NCBI GenBank assembly: GCA_951406725.2
Contig: OX597819.1
Span: forward strand, 96,658,001 to 96,722,000
Direction of reading: 5' to 3'
Source: Octopus vulgaris
Lineage: Eukaryota
Length of the DNA: 64,000 bases
Shown: piece by piece, positions 1-12,960 of the stretch
Numbering within the stretch: position 1 is the stretch's first letter
How the letters are laid out: each line of letters starts with the position of its first letter
Position numbers and translations under genes: made by a program
The notes under the pieces: generated by a model
Told to the model about the DNA's origin: nothing
The model's database searches: none
The model's input: the letters and a program-made list of their open reading frames with translations, nothing else

Positions 1-620
1 ACTTTTTAGCAGAACGATTTCTTTCAGTTCGTACGAGTAATGAAACTGTTGGTTTTCCTCATAATGGGAAATTAATCAAGGTATTTAGAATTTTGGATTA
101 ATCTAATCATTTTATTAGTAAAACATAAATACTGATGGCTAACAAAAATATTGGGGGCATGAATCATACCTTTCTAAAACAACTTGTAAGAAATTCATAA
201 ATCTGATTGGATCCAGCGTACTGGATCACGAGATCTATGAAGAGATATAAGTATATTTTCTTTCATTGGATTTCTAGTATCGACTGTGATTTGCCGTTGG
301 AGTTTTGTTTTACAACTGGAAGATTTGTGAAGTTTGGGGTTATAAAAGGTTACAGTCATGAACAGCTTACTCCATGTTTCCTTGGCTTTTAACCTTTAAA
401 TAGTATTAATGTGAAATACTGATGCGACAAAAATTATGACAATGCCAGAAACACGAGTGACAAATAGAATGGTTTGTGAGCATGAATTAAAGAGCTGAAT
501 GAGTTTGCAGATAAAATTCCATTTTTTCTTTTTTTTTCAGATTCACTGAATCTAGTCGCAGAACTGTCAAGAAGCGTTATTATTTTCTTTTGAAATTCGT
601 ACACATTTTGCTATTACTTA
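1..620 (+). mobile_element. Decayed hAT (Tip100/ZMYM1-like) transposase fragment
   Basis: Manual translation across stops and frameshifts gives FLAERFLSVRTSNETVGFPHNG, YLSKTTCKKFINLIG and NYDNARNTSDK*NGL*A*IKELNEFADKIP..SLNLV. These match hAT motifs FRG..E...NGNF, SYLS and SYDNA.NMSG..NG...PC..HSLNLV. Confidence 0.8.
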
Positions 621-1848
621 GCAGTGCTATCTCGTTTCTGCTGCATTATCTAATAGTTATACTGATTTGTTCAATATGAGACACATCTCAATTATGTCCA
701 CTTGAAATAGAATATTGCTCCCAACGTAATTCTAGACAGTTTAAAAAATGATGCAGGTTACTATGTCAAGTAATCCGTCTTGACATAAATATTATATTTA
801 AAAATACACGTAACATAAACCCACTTCTATTTTGTTTTAATTGAAAAATAGAAGCTAAGAAATTCTATGCTTAGTATATGATGAACATCTTGCCGTTTTG
901 AGGGAAAGTATTTATATATGAGGAATAATGAGTAAACTTTTCAATCTTGTGTTGAGGATCGAAAGTAGACAAGAATAAACTCTACCATCAGTTCTACTTC
1001 AATGAGAAACGGTAGATTCATTGAGCAAAACGAAATTAACATTTTAGTGTTGAAAAATTCTTTAAGTTAAAGAAATTAGATACCAAGTTGTTCATAGCAA
1101 AAATTTTATTCTAATTTTTTTTTTTTTTAGTAAATTTACCCATTTGTTTGTAAGATCATACGATATTGATCTGTTCCTATAGCAGCGATTCTCTTTATAC
1201 TTCTTATATTACATTGCTTTATTCTTCATCTGCTATATTGAAAAAGTATTCGGAAAATATTTCATTTCTCTAATATATGAAAGTGAACATAAATTATAAT
1301 AATCCTATGCTCCTGACATCTAGCATTCATTGATTTCAATGTTTTCACTCATTCTACACTCCAACTTTGTTCACTTAGAAGCTGAATAAACATTTCGCGC
1401 TTTAGATCATTTTTCATCAGCCCAACACGCTCTCGTGTATCTGATTAAAACCAAATTCCTCAAAAAACCTTTAATGTTTCCGTCAGTTTCAATGCTAACC
1501 CTTATGCTCACATATTTAGAATTACTTGATTACAAAATCGTTAATATAGCTTAGTAGATATTAAAAATAACATCCCAGAATCATAGATTTTTTTTAGCTT
1601 TAATCAGTCAATTATAATGAACTACCCAAATCAACCGACCTGTTTTAACGCTTACCATGCAGAGGTTCCTTTGTTGGTTTGTCACTAGTGTCTGTATGTT
1701 GGAATAAAAAAGCTAAAGAGAATCGGAAAATTATTGACCTATCACAAAGTAAATACGAAAGACAGTGAAGAGAAATGTCTGGAGAAAACTGAAATAATTT
1801 CATCCATTTTATATTTTCATGATACATTCTTTACACAAACTGTATGCA

Positions 1849-1861
1849 TGTGTGTGTGTGC

Positions 1862-1904
<43 letters not shown>

Positions 1905-1912
1905 TGTGTGTG
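1849..1912. repeat. (TG)n microsatellite
   Basis: Directly visible dinucleotide tract. Confidence 0.95.
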
Positions 1913-2774
1913 TTAATTTATCCATGAGTGGTTGTGAGTGTATGAGCAGACATATGCACAGAATTACGTCCCTGCTCACGTTTTCTCTACAGCTATCCTA
2001 CAGCTATCAAGCAACAGAAATTTAGAAGAACATCAATGACATTGGTGTCACCAGCCAGGGAAATCCTGAAAATGTCAGGTCATGGCTGCAGTCTGTTGTC
2101 TTCCAACAAAATAATGAAAAAAAAATGATAAAAATACACAAACACATACGCACACAGATGTATTCATACCCATCCACACATATACACATGTATTCAAGCA
2201 CATACACTCATGTGTTCACGAACGTTTAACATTTTCTTAGTGAATCATATGACGTGTGGTCAACTGGTCAACATTATTTCGCATCGTTTAAAACAACCGA
2301 CAGAAGAGAACAGCTGAACAACAATAAGACAGTGTCAAAGTTCAGGATTGAGAAAATAATTTCACTGACGAGCAATTCCAATGGAAATTCCAGATTTATT
2401 CACTGGTAAACTTCAATAATTCACTGGAAATTATTGAATTGAAAAATGTCTGAAAGACAATTTACTGGGCATAAATATCAAATCTGCTATTGGGCTTTAT
2501 TTCCATCTAATTCTTAGCTTCCTTGTTTAGTCATTTTGTTTCGTTCATTGCTTTTTCTTCGTATTTCTATAGTTTTCTCTTCCTTCTTTTGTATTCTCTT
2601 CTATTCTTCTTTTTTTTCTTTTCTCTTCTCCTTCTTTTCTTTCGTCCTCTGTTATTTATTCCGTGTCGCCAGTTATTCAGTGACTTCTTTACATTCTCAG
2701 TTTATTGTTCAATGCTTGTATATCGCATCACTTGCACACACACAAACACACATTATTCAAAGAGGATGCTTCTA

Positions 2775-2980
2775 CGTTGCCCGTCGGCCAGATGGAAATA
2801 GTAGCTGAATTGCCTTCAAACCAAATCCTAATTACTTTTTTTCTCTAAAGGACACATATGGTGTAATCCTAGAAACACTATTCCTTCGAAACAAAATAGA
2901 CGAGACGGTCATGATTTGAATATCCTTTGATCTTAAAACTATTTGTTTAAAGTAGGCCTGGGGCTAAACAGTAACGACAT
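2775..2980 (+). mobile_element. Old dispersed SINE-like element, family E ((AAC)n-type tail)
   Basis: Shares gaaatagcagccaaat..cctcaaa, ggtcatg..tggaatgcctttgatcat and cctggggctaaacaac-like blocks with about ten other copies in the window. Confidence 0.6.
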
Positions 2981-3750
2981 AGACACACTTAATTGATACA
3001 TAAACAACTGAAATATGTCAAACACTGATTCACGAAATCTCACGACCAACTTCCATCACCATCACCACTTTATTTTATTAACTTTTCACATCATTCTTTC
3101 TCTTTAAAATTTTCCATTCAACCTCCTTCATATATTCTCCCTGTACCTCTCTTATTTTCACTTTCGTTCTTTTCGTTCTTCATTCCATCTGTTTTACTCA
3201 ATAACTTAATTCATCATTCAATCGCAACATGTTTCCCTTTTCTGCGCATTCATTCTCTCTCTCCGGCTTTCAAATCTTTCTTTTCTTTCTCTTTCTCTCC
3301 TTCTCTATCATACCATACGCACATACGCACATACAATCATTCTACTTCAATATCTCTTCTATCATTATCTCGCTCCCTCTCTCCGCCACTCCATCTGTCC
3401 TACTGAACAATCTCATCTCCTTTGATGAATTATCAAAAGCAGACGATACTCTACATTAGATAGCATCTACATTAATATACCGCTGCCACAACAATAAAAT
3501 GGAACCTGTAAACGAACATTGTTTATGCTGACCAAGTTTGACCGGATACCGCTTACATAACTGGTCGAGTTGCATCACAAACGTACCCTAATACCATCAC
3601 TCCATTCTGGACAACAACCGGAAAGTTACTGATAGCATATTTGATGATTAATGGTGGCCAGGTCAGAAGTTGGTTATGTTTAACGCTGAAGGCATTGATT
3701 TTATATACTACTGGTCAGTTGCAATAAAACGGAGAAATTTACTTCTGACC

Positions 3751-3892
3751 ATGTATGTATGTATGTATGTATGTATGTATGTATGTATGTATGTGAGTGT
3801 GTGTTTGTGTGTTTGTGTGTATGGGTGCGTGTACGCACCTGAATGTAAGTATATGTATGTGTGTGTACAAACACTCTCACACATATATACAT

Positions 3893-3931
<39 letters not shown>

Positions 3932-4115
3932 ACAGATAGGTGTACATACACACACGTGCGCTCATAAATATATATGTGTATGTGTATGTATGTACGTATG
4001 TGTATATATATATATGAATATATATATATATATATGAATATATATGTATATGCGTGTGAGTGTGTGCCTGTGCCTGTGTCTGTGTGTGTATATATATGTG
4101 TATGTAGTATGTACT

Positions 4116-4145
<30 letters not shown>
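3751..4145. repeat. Compound (TATG)n/(TA)n/(TG)n microsatellite field
   Basis: Directly visible; explains the overlapping ORFs at 3670-4159. Confidence 0.95.
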
Positions 4146-4146
<1 letters not shown>

Positions 4147-4179
4147 CATATGGGAGTGATATTTGTGTATTTAGGCTGC

Positions 4180-4625
4180 GGGAGTTATTTCGGTATAACG
4201 GCATATTTGATTAAACGCATGTATAAATGCCTGTTATTAGAGAACAAGTGTATTTTCAAGTTCTTCTAAATAAGTATTTCTCTGAGAAACAAAGACAATA
4301 ATACTTACTAACTTATGTATGTTTCTAGCTCCTTTCTCTTTCTTGGAAATCTATTATCTTGATCTCATTGAAAATGTTGCAATATTTCACCAAGGTCCTT
4401 GGCACTTGTTCTAGAATATATTGGATAAAAGCTGAGATCATCGATCCATTGTAACACGAAATATCTATTAACTTGTCGTCTTCCATCTTTCGAGTTCACT
4501 AGACGGGAAAATGCATATTGTGGCGTTCATGCCTATTTGAATGTCGTATTTTGGTATTGTCCTTCTGGAAATCGGATATGAAACTGTTTATTATACGGTC
4601 TATATATTCTCTCTACTTCAGTCCG
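4180..4625 (-). mobile_element. Possible Penelope-like reverse transcriptase remnant
   Basis: Minus strand gives REYIDRIINSF and IDDLSFYPIYS, weakly like PLE RT ILDRIN and FDIVDFYPSI. Heavily decayed. Confidence 0.3.
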
Positions 4626-4766
4626 TTCCTACTATAGTTATATATCAATCTGTTCTTGGACCGTTCTTTTGTTGCTTTTCCCTCTCTCAATCTTTCACTG
4701 TATCTGGAGGAAAATGAGATTCTGACCACCTTAACCACCCTTCTCAGATCACAGCAAAAGAGAGAG

Positions 4767-4815
<49 letters not shown>

Positions 4816-5039
4816 GTGTAGGTGTGTATATGTGTGTGCGTGTATGTGTGTGTGGAGGGGTTACAGAAAAAGAGGGTAAGAACCAAACTCAGTACTTGAA
4901 TGGTACTTTATTTATCAAATACAAAAGGTTGTAAGGCAAAAGTAACCACTGCGTATTGGTTATGAGGTAGAATTTCATTTAGTCTTGCTCTTGTAAGAAC
5001 ATGTGTGGTCTAAATCGAATTATGAAAGAACAATATAAG

Positions 5040-6165
5040 CTCTTTCCCTGCCACTCTCACCTGAACTATCTGCTCTATACACTTGCTCTCTCTCTCAAGG
5101 CACTTATTGTAGAGGGGAACATTGGTTATATTCTTACATTTACATCTCCGCTAAGGTATCTTGTTGTCAAAATATATCTCGCATCTAAAAGGAATAGATG
5201 GTTCTCCAATAAGATAGGGTATACCAGCGAAATGATGTCAGTGTAATGAGAATGGTAAAACTCATAACTTGTACGCCGTTGAAAAGTATAAAATATTGAC
5301 TTTATTCGAAAATTTCTGCATAGAAGATAGAACACCTGTTCTTGTTTGCTCAGAAAGAAATTCGAAACACTAACTTTTAATCATGTTCCTCTACCAGTGG
5401 AATGGAATCCAGGTATCCTCGCATCTGTGTCCCAGTATCCACAACACATTCTCTCTTCCCCTTATTATTCCTCTAAGCTTCCTCACATTTCGTTTCAATC
5501 CTCTTACTGTTTCTTACTACAAGTGGTGGTTTATCGGTAGATGTGCTGCAGCAGTTCGAGCAAAATCCAAAGTCTGCACCGCTTAGCCAGTCTCGTCTGC
5601 TCTCCAGATCCGGGGGGCATCCACCCAGTAGCGCAACTCCTGTTAGACCAGTATCTGGTGTTAATTGCATACTTTCGCGCATTGCACGGTCGTCAAGCTT
5701 TCCCATCTCCCAAACAGCAGGCGATCCTTTTGGTCCCTTGGAAAAAGATTCTTCACTAACTTTTTTGCACCCTTTGACTCTAAATCCACATTACACAACT
5801 TGACCAACCCTCACCAAATCTATCCCCCTCCACTCTAGTAGGCTTCCCTCTCTATTTAAAAATACGCCAAGTGCGGAAATACCCCCGGCTACCTCAAACA
5901 CATCCTGACCATGTCCCTTCAATTCAACTTCAACCTATCGTCCCAGAACTTGATTCTATACTCACCAAACTCTTTAATATGCATTCTCTCAACGGGGATG
6001 TGCCCTAACATTTAGAAGGACGCTTCAGTTTGTCCAATTCCTAAGAAGAGGAATCTCTCTGAACCAGTCAACTATTGTCTCATTCCCTCTCTTCTAACAG
6101 CCTAAAGTCATGAAGCTAGCATTTAACAATGACGTTCTCCATCATCTTTATTTTTCTCTCCTTCT

Positions 6166-6197
<32 letters not shown>

Positions 6198-6610
6198 CTT
6201 AGTGACTAACAGTACGGCTTCTGCAGAGCCAGGACCACTGGATACTTACTCTCTTATACCACTTACCAGTCAGCTCTTGCTTTACAGAAGTGAGATAAAA
6301 GGCGTAAAACTGTGGTTGACATGGGAAACTCCTCAAATAATTTCCGGTCTACGGGTTTCACCCATATCTTATCTATTGTATCGTAACTTCCTTTTCTGAT
6401 CCTACAATTCTCAGTCAATTCTGATGTTCCCTGGGGTTCGGTTTTGCTGCCCACTCTTTTTCTGCAATACATCGATGATCTGCTTGCAGTGACATTCAAC
6501 AAACCGAATTCTTAAGCAGATGACCTTTCCTAGCCATCCATTATCCACATGCAACTTAAGGACCACTTACCAAATCTGCATTGATTTTATAGACTTTGGG
6601 AGCATCCACC
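5040..6610 (+). mobile_element. Decayed LINE ORF2 (Jockey/CR1/I-group RT)
   Basis: Fragments WWFIGRCAAAVRAKSK, PELDSILTKLFN, *KDASVCPIPKKRNLSEPVNY, QYGFCRARTT and VNSDVPWGSVLLPTLFLQYIDDLL..*ADD are canonical non-LTR RT motifs in the expected order. Confidence 0.9.
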
Positions 6611-6654
6611 AGTGAGATCACGCCAACGTTGTTCATTTCAGCAGCAAAATAATA

Positions 6655-6840
6655 ATAATAAATATAAAAACCTTGAAATAGATTTTGGCAGAATATGGAA
6701 CCTCATGATTAAAGCAATACCTGTTGTCATAGGTGCCCTAGTAATGATAACAAAAAGGGCTGATTATTACCTATCTCAGATACCAGGAAATCAAAAATGG
6801 AGGAAATTCGAAATAGTGTTCATGGGAACTGCTTAATTTC
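6655..6840 (+). mobile_element. 3' end of R4/Dong-type non-LTR element (C-terminal restriction-like endonuclease region)
   Basis: KYKNLEIDFGRIWNLMIKAIPVVIGALVMITK..IPG..IVFMGTA matches the KY.DL..E..RMW....IPVIIGALG C-terminus of R4/Dong/NeSL-like ORFs. Confidence 0.8.
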
Positions 6841-6911
6841 CCAGTGTGATTCCTCATGATTTCCTTTGTCTTTAATGTAGAAAGATCTTACATTAATATC
6901 CGTATTCTATA

Positions 6912-7125
6912 AGGCGACGAGCTAGTAGAATCGTTAGCGCACAGGTCAGCATGTACAGCAGCATTTCGTCTGTTTTTCCATTCTGAATTCAAATTCCGCT
7001 GAGGTCATCTTTGTTTTTCGTCCCTTTTGGGGTCGATAAAATAAGTTCCAGTTGAGCACTGGGACCGATATAATCGACTTACTTCCTCCCCCGAAATTTC
7101 TGGTCTTGTACCAAAATTTGAAAGC
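6912..7125 (+). mobile_element. tRNA-derived SINE, family A
   Basis: Head ggcgacgagctagtagaatcgttagc, B-box-like ttctgaattcaaattcc, core ggggtcgataaaataag, tail ccaaaatttgaaa. Degenerate TSD atatccgtattc/atatctgtatcc. Confidence 0.85.
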
Positions 7126-7949
7126 TATATCTGTATCCTGTATCTGTAATGTCTGTGTGCAAGATGCTTACATCACTGAGAATGGAAAGAAGGAAGAAAA
7201 AACGGTGGTTCCTAGGTTAAGCGGCAGCAGATAGAGTATCTTACTGGTTCTGATATGTTCTTTGCAGGAGAGTGGATCATGGGAGTTCATGAGTTTCACT
7301 GTTTCGTTTGTTCATTCAATATTTTGCGTATATTTCTTACCGATAGTTTGCAAAAGCGTGACTTTCAGATGTGACGTGATGCAATTGTTACAAGTCCAAG
7401 AGAGACTAAACTTCATATAAATATTATCATTCTTCTCAACTTTCCGAGCAATATAATTATGCCTCATTTTTTTTTTTTTTTTTTGTGCTATACACAGCAT
7501 TTCTCTTCGAAGTCTTTGTTAAGGAATGCTAGGCCTGCAATTCTGGGTTCATATCAGGAAGTAACTGCTTCTTGAGAAATTCGCACTAAACCATAAGTTA
7601 TTCACTGCATTGTTGAGCACTTCCATATATTCCTTTTCGTAGTCATTGTTTAGTAGTTGTTTGAGTAATACCATACGGTACTCAAAGGCTGTCTGTACTG
7701 ACCTAAAATATGTATATGTGTACACATACATGTAGATACATACATGCGTATATATACAATCGCACGTTCATACATATACAATACATACGTACGTACATAT
7801 ACTTAAAAATGCTTAATGCCCTTAGAGTAATATTAGACAGTCATGCTGGCCTATCGTGAAAAATATACATGTTTTTCATTACAGAACAGCATGGCTGTCT
7901 TGATCGGTCGAACTGCCATAAAACTTTAAATAGCGTTAAAAGGTAACTC

Positions 7950-7951
<2 letters not shown>

Positions 7952-8014
<63 letters not shown>

Positions 8015-8047
8015 ATGCATTCCATAGGCAGGGGAATAGGTAGACAT

Positions 8048-8078
<31 letters not shown>

Positions 8079-8512
8079 TATATATGTATATATATATGTA
8101 TAAGCATATGCATATGTATATATATATATATACACACACAAACACACACACACATATATGTATGTATACATGCACACATTCATACACTAATGCAAGCACA
8201 CACGCTCGCTCACACACACGCATATATAAATACATATCATCATTTTTATCTTTGTGTATATTTATATGTGGTATACACACGTTTATATGTGTGCATGCTT
8301 ATGTAGATACATGTATGTTCATATGTTCCCCACGTATGAGTGTGTATATGAATGTTTGATATGCATATGTATATATATCCGTATATATGCACATATGTAT
8401 GTATATATATATATATATATGATGGATAGTTATGACTGTGAGTAGTTTAGGATATATGTGTGACTCTGTGTGTGTGTTTGTGCGTACATGTATGTATATG
8501 TATGTGTGTTTG

Positions 8513-8545
<33 letters not shown>

Positions 8546-8806
8546 CTGTGTGTGTGTGTCTGTGTCTGTGTGTGAATACCGGTTACTATGTATTTATCGT
8601 CCATAAAGCTATTAAAATCATCCAACTGCTGCCAGAACCAATATCCATAGCAACCAGAGGCCATCTTCTTAAATTGATTCCAAATCTTGTTATCTTTATT
8701 GAATTCTTAGATAAACATTTCTGTCAATTTAATCAAACTATCGATCTAGCGTAGAGGGATATGGTGTAGCTGTGTGTGTGTGTGTGTTTGCGCGCGCATG
8801 TGTGTG

Positions 8807-8840
<34 letters not shown>

Positions 8841-9161
8841 ATTGTATCAAGTATGTATGAATATGTATGTGCGTGTATGTATGCGTGTTGTTGTGTTCAT
8901 ATACATGTGAATATGTGCGTCTATGTTGTATGATCATGGCACTATGTTATACACATACATATGTATGTATACCTATATGTGTGTGTGTATGTTTGTATGT
9001 GTGTGTATGTGTGTGCATATGTGTACGCGTATGTAGATATGCATATGCAGACATGTGTTTGTTGATACGATCATATGTATGAAACGTTGAGCTGATGTAT
9101 GAGTATATGCGTTTGCATTTACGCTTCAATGTGTGCTTTCTTATTTGTATGCATGCGTGTG

Positions 9162-9200
<39 letters not shown>
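7952..9200. repeat. Extended (TG)n/(CA)n/(TA)n microsatellite field
   Basis: Directly visible, with one short unique island near 8580-8750. Confidence 0.9.
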
Positions 9201-9204
<4 letters not shown>

Positions 9205-9577
9205 TTACATGTGTATGCATATGTTTTTCCAGAATAATTTCCCTAAGTGGGCATCAATGTAGGAGCATGTTAATGTTAATATATTTATACTGTCCTCCTC
9301 TCCTTAAATATTTGAACGCTGTCAACAGATTCGTCTCTCACGCCTACGCCATTGTCTTAGAAAATTTAGGAAATATGAATGATGACAACTCCAGATTTCT
9401 CTTACAGCTTTTCTGTCTGATTCCTGTGGCCATTGTTGAATGAATTTACTGTAACGTCCATTAGATGTCGCCCTTGTCACCTGCAACAACTGGACAACAA
9501 TATAGACAGATTAGTCGTTTTAAAGTGGTGATGGGTTAGGCTTTGAGAATCTGATCTTTAATTCACTTTTATAAAGT

Positions 9578-9765
9578 TAGCGAGCTGGTAGACTTATTAG
9601 CACGTCGAACAAAATGCTTAGAGGAGTTTCTTCCTCCACTTTACGTTCAAATCCTGCTGAGGTCAGCTTTGCCTCTGTCTTCTCTTCAGTGTCGATAAAA
9701 TAGAGTACCAGTCAAATACTAATGTAAACGTGTTGTCTCTTTCCCTCGGAATTGCTGGCCTTGAA
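9578..9765 (+). mobile_element. SINE family A, diverged
   Basis: gcgagctggtagac..ttagcacgtcgaacaaaatgcttag..gtcgataaaatagagtaccag..ttgctggccttg. Confidence 0.8.
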
Positions 9766-9880
9766 CCTTGCAATGGACCGGTGTCCTGTCCAGGGGAATG
9801 TTTTGACCACGGTCATTTATATGCCATGGAAACCGGAGGGTCAACGGTCTCGTAGTTCCTTCTTAGGTTCGAGAAATAAC
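9765..9880 (+). mobile_element. 3' portion related to SINE family C, fused to the family A copy
   Basis: ccttgcaatggaccggtgtcctgtccagggg..ccatggaaaccgg is similar to the reverse complement of 22930-23030. Confidence 0.6.
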
Positions 9881-10099
9881 ATATCTCAGCAAGGAGGCTA
9901 TATTGTCTCTCTCCTTATGAGAGCACACTTAGACTTTGTATAGTGTGGACAACTGTTTCGGGTTAAAATATTTTCTATGAAAGAAATCCAAACCTTTACA
10001 ATACAATTTTATGTGGTATGTATGAATTGAGTAGGTGGAATAAGGTCGGTTTCGTTCTTAAGTGAGTGCAACCATTTTTAAAAGTCAGTATTTATTCCA

Positions 10100-10650
10100 A
10101 AGATTTTGGGTGATATGTTTAATCCAGTTTAACACCATTGTTCGATTCTTGGGTATCTCAGAGGAGATTAGCTCTCTTATAGGCACCCAAACCATATCTT
10201 CAGTTTGAAGGACTTCTTCCCTTCCTTTCAAATAGGTCGGAGATTCTCAAAAATATTCTGTCAAAAGCATTGTCTCTTCTCCCTCTAAGTGGTAAAAGAA
10301 GACTGGATGTTGTGGTCATTGCTGAACCAAGCACACGTTGAAGTGAGCCATAGAGGCCTAACAGGACAGTTTCAATCTAGATTATGAATGACTAATAGAG
10401 TTTGCAAGTGAACAACTTCTTACACACAACACACTAAATAATTTACTGATGTCAAAAGCTATAATATGTGTATACTAGACAATATTCAACATTAAATACT
10501 GTTCACACGATCAGAAACTGAATATCTAACACCTTTCCATCTGTAACCCAGACTTTATTCTTCTCATAAACAAGCTCCCATTCACCATCGTATTTCGGAC
10601 TTCTGGATATCAATTGAATTGTCTCCTTACTCTGACTTATTTATCGTTGT
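10100..10650 (-). mobile_element. Very old LINE RT remnant
   Basis: Minus strand IAFDISKLFSV (cf. ALDISKAFDRV) followed by ISSEIP (cf. INSGVPQ). Confidence 0.35.
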
Positions 10651-10854
10651 AGGCTGACGTCATGAAGGAAGAGCATTTTAACATATTACAAGACATATAT
10701 TTAAATAGCTACCAATAACTATTGCGGTGGTTTATGGTCAAACTTACTGATAAAGGTTAATATTTTCCTGTTGGGGAGTAGTTTTGTAGTTGAGAGTAAA
10801 AACTGATTAATTTCTGACCGGTGGGAAGACAAGTGTGTTGCTTGCTGTGTATAT

Positions 10855-10968
10855 ATATATGTGAGTGTGTGTGTGTGTGTGTAATATAATATGATATAAT
10901 ATAATATAATATAATATAATATAATATAATATAATATAATATAATATAATATAATAGAATATAATATA

Positions 10969-11040
<72 letters not shown>
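10855..11040. repeat. Compound microsatellite with (ATAAT)n pentamer, (TA)n and (TG)n
   Basis: Directly visible. Confidence 0.95.
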
Positions 11041-11041
<1 letters not shown>

Positions 11042-11351
11042 AACACATACGGTGTGTGTTATGTATTACGTATTTATGTATGTGTATACAAAAATGAATG
11101 TACGGTGTGTGTATATGTTTGTCCATATATGTGTGCGCCATTAATAGTAGGCTGTGATTCTTGTTGCAGTGAAGCCATGCTAGTGTTAAAGAGAGATAAA
11201 TGAGATTTCTATATTGCTAATGCTACAATTTATAATATTTTGATCAGAAGGTGCTCCTTATAAATATGCATTTATCTTGACATAACGAGGTGATGTAGAA
11301 TAGCAGAATAGTTGTACATCCATTATAACACTATATTTTATCTAGAAACTG

Positions 11352-11390
<39 letters not shown>

Positions 11391-12299
11391 TAAGAGAATA
11401 ATTTACATACATACAAATATAGACAAATAAGCGTGTAAATGTGAAGTGTCAGCGTGTTATGTGTGCATGCGTGTGTCTGTGAGTGCGAGTGTGGATGTGA
11501 AGCCGCGTGATGTAGACGTCCGTGTGAAGAGGTCCATTGTGTGATGATGTCGTTTGTGCAATGCGGTCGTTTGTTCAATTCTTCGACCAGGCAGTATGTT
11601 GCATTTTTCAGGAAAGCGCTCCATTCTAAGTTGCTCCAGTCTACTCAGATGAAATGAATGCCACTCGAGTGCTGGTAGTGGCCGTTCTTCTGCCAGCTGT
11701 TACACACTGGATGTTCCGCGGAGTCATGGAAGAGAAAGCCCAAAAAGGTGTCCACGTCTTCTTGAGATTATATAGGTACCTATAACAATTAACGAAAGCG
11801 TCGTACATGCTACCAGTTCATACTTTCGATTGACAGATGTGGTTTTGGTTATGTGTGCTCCTAAATGTGTGCGTGTATTTGTGTGTGTGTGTGTGTGTGT
11901 GTATGTGTGTGTGAACCTAAATTTGTAACTCGATATAATATAAATCGATAAGTTAAGCACCTGTGTGAAATGAGTGACTGAGGATCTAGGGTTGATGTAA
12001 CCAATTTTAGGAGCCATTAAAAGCGTTGATATAGTATGGCCACGCAAGGAACTGCGACATGTAAAACACAACTATTAGGAAAGCCACAATATAATGCCGT
12101 AAAGAACAGAACAAATACAAATAACATTATTTCTAAATATTGCTAATCAAATAGGTATTCCAGCGTCACTGCATCCCTATCACGAATTTATTTCCAAATC
12201 AGCAATATAGAAGTAATCAACATCAACACCAACTGATGCAGGAAAGCCCCTTTCAGGGATATGCTTGTTCACTCCAGATTATTCCTTCCTACAAATGCT

Positions 12300-12960
12300 T
12301 TAGCTATATACTAATGCTATATGAGGAAAGATTTCATCTGCATTAAAGAAAAATTTAGGTAGACAAAGGATCAGACCAGCATTACTAAGGCGTTCGAAAT
12401 GTTGCCAGATGTTAGCAGCCACCCAACATCCATTACTAGTCTCCAACCTGACTTAAAATCCAAGAAACAGAAAATGCTCTTCCAAAGCGTGTTTGATGAC
12501 CTTGCTACATCCCGCAATCCGTATTGTTATCCAAAGGGTGAGGGTGGTTATGAGCTGAACCATAAAGGATTTGTTTTAAGAAGATGTGTAAGAACCCCTT
12601 CCCCACAATACCCATCACGCTGACCAACTTAGCTCATTCACAGCAAGCACAAGTGTTTACGAACTTAGAGTTAGAGTGCACCAAAAGTGAGTGATGTTAA
12701 ATCAACACTAGTATTCGACATCTGTACATCTAAATCAAAGAACACCTATACGCATATGCCGCATCAGTTAAAGATTGTCTGGGTGAATGCCGGAATCAGG
12801 ACATCACTGCTACTAACTGAACTACAGCAGAAACATCGGGAACATATGGATGACGTAGGCAATCCTTATCAAATAATCGAAACTCACCATCAATAAGAAT
12901 TGCATAATGCTGTGCGTGGTTGAACATGAACATTTGATGCCTTTTGGTCAAGCCGTTAAT
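12300..12960 (+). mobile_element. Decayed RTE-clade LINE RT
   Basis: KQKMLFQSVFDDL, GFVLRRCV, VFDICTSKSKNT and KDCL...LLTELQQKHREHMDDVGN....LTINK are collinear with RTE motifs (FIDL.KAFD, GVKQGCV, LFN..RLKAKT, YADD..LL....LQ..MD.....GLTIN). Confidence 0.55.

Noticed and set aside
1993-2078. Candidate + strand exon (YPTAIKQQKFRRTSMTLVSPAREILKMS)
   Set aside because: Good acceptor but poor donor (gtcatg), no recognisable homology, and the phase does not match the 15025 candidate.
3500-3745. Unique island with partly open frames
   Set aside because: Stops in all + strand frames, no convincing splice signals and no recognisable motif.
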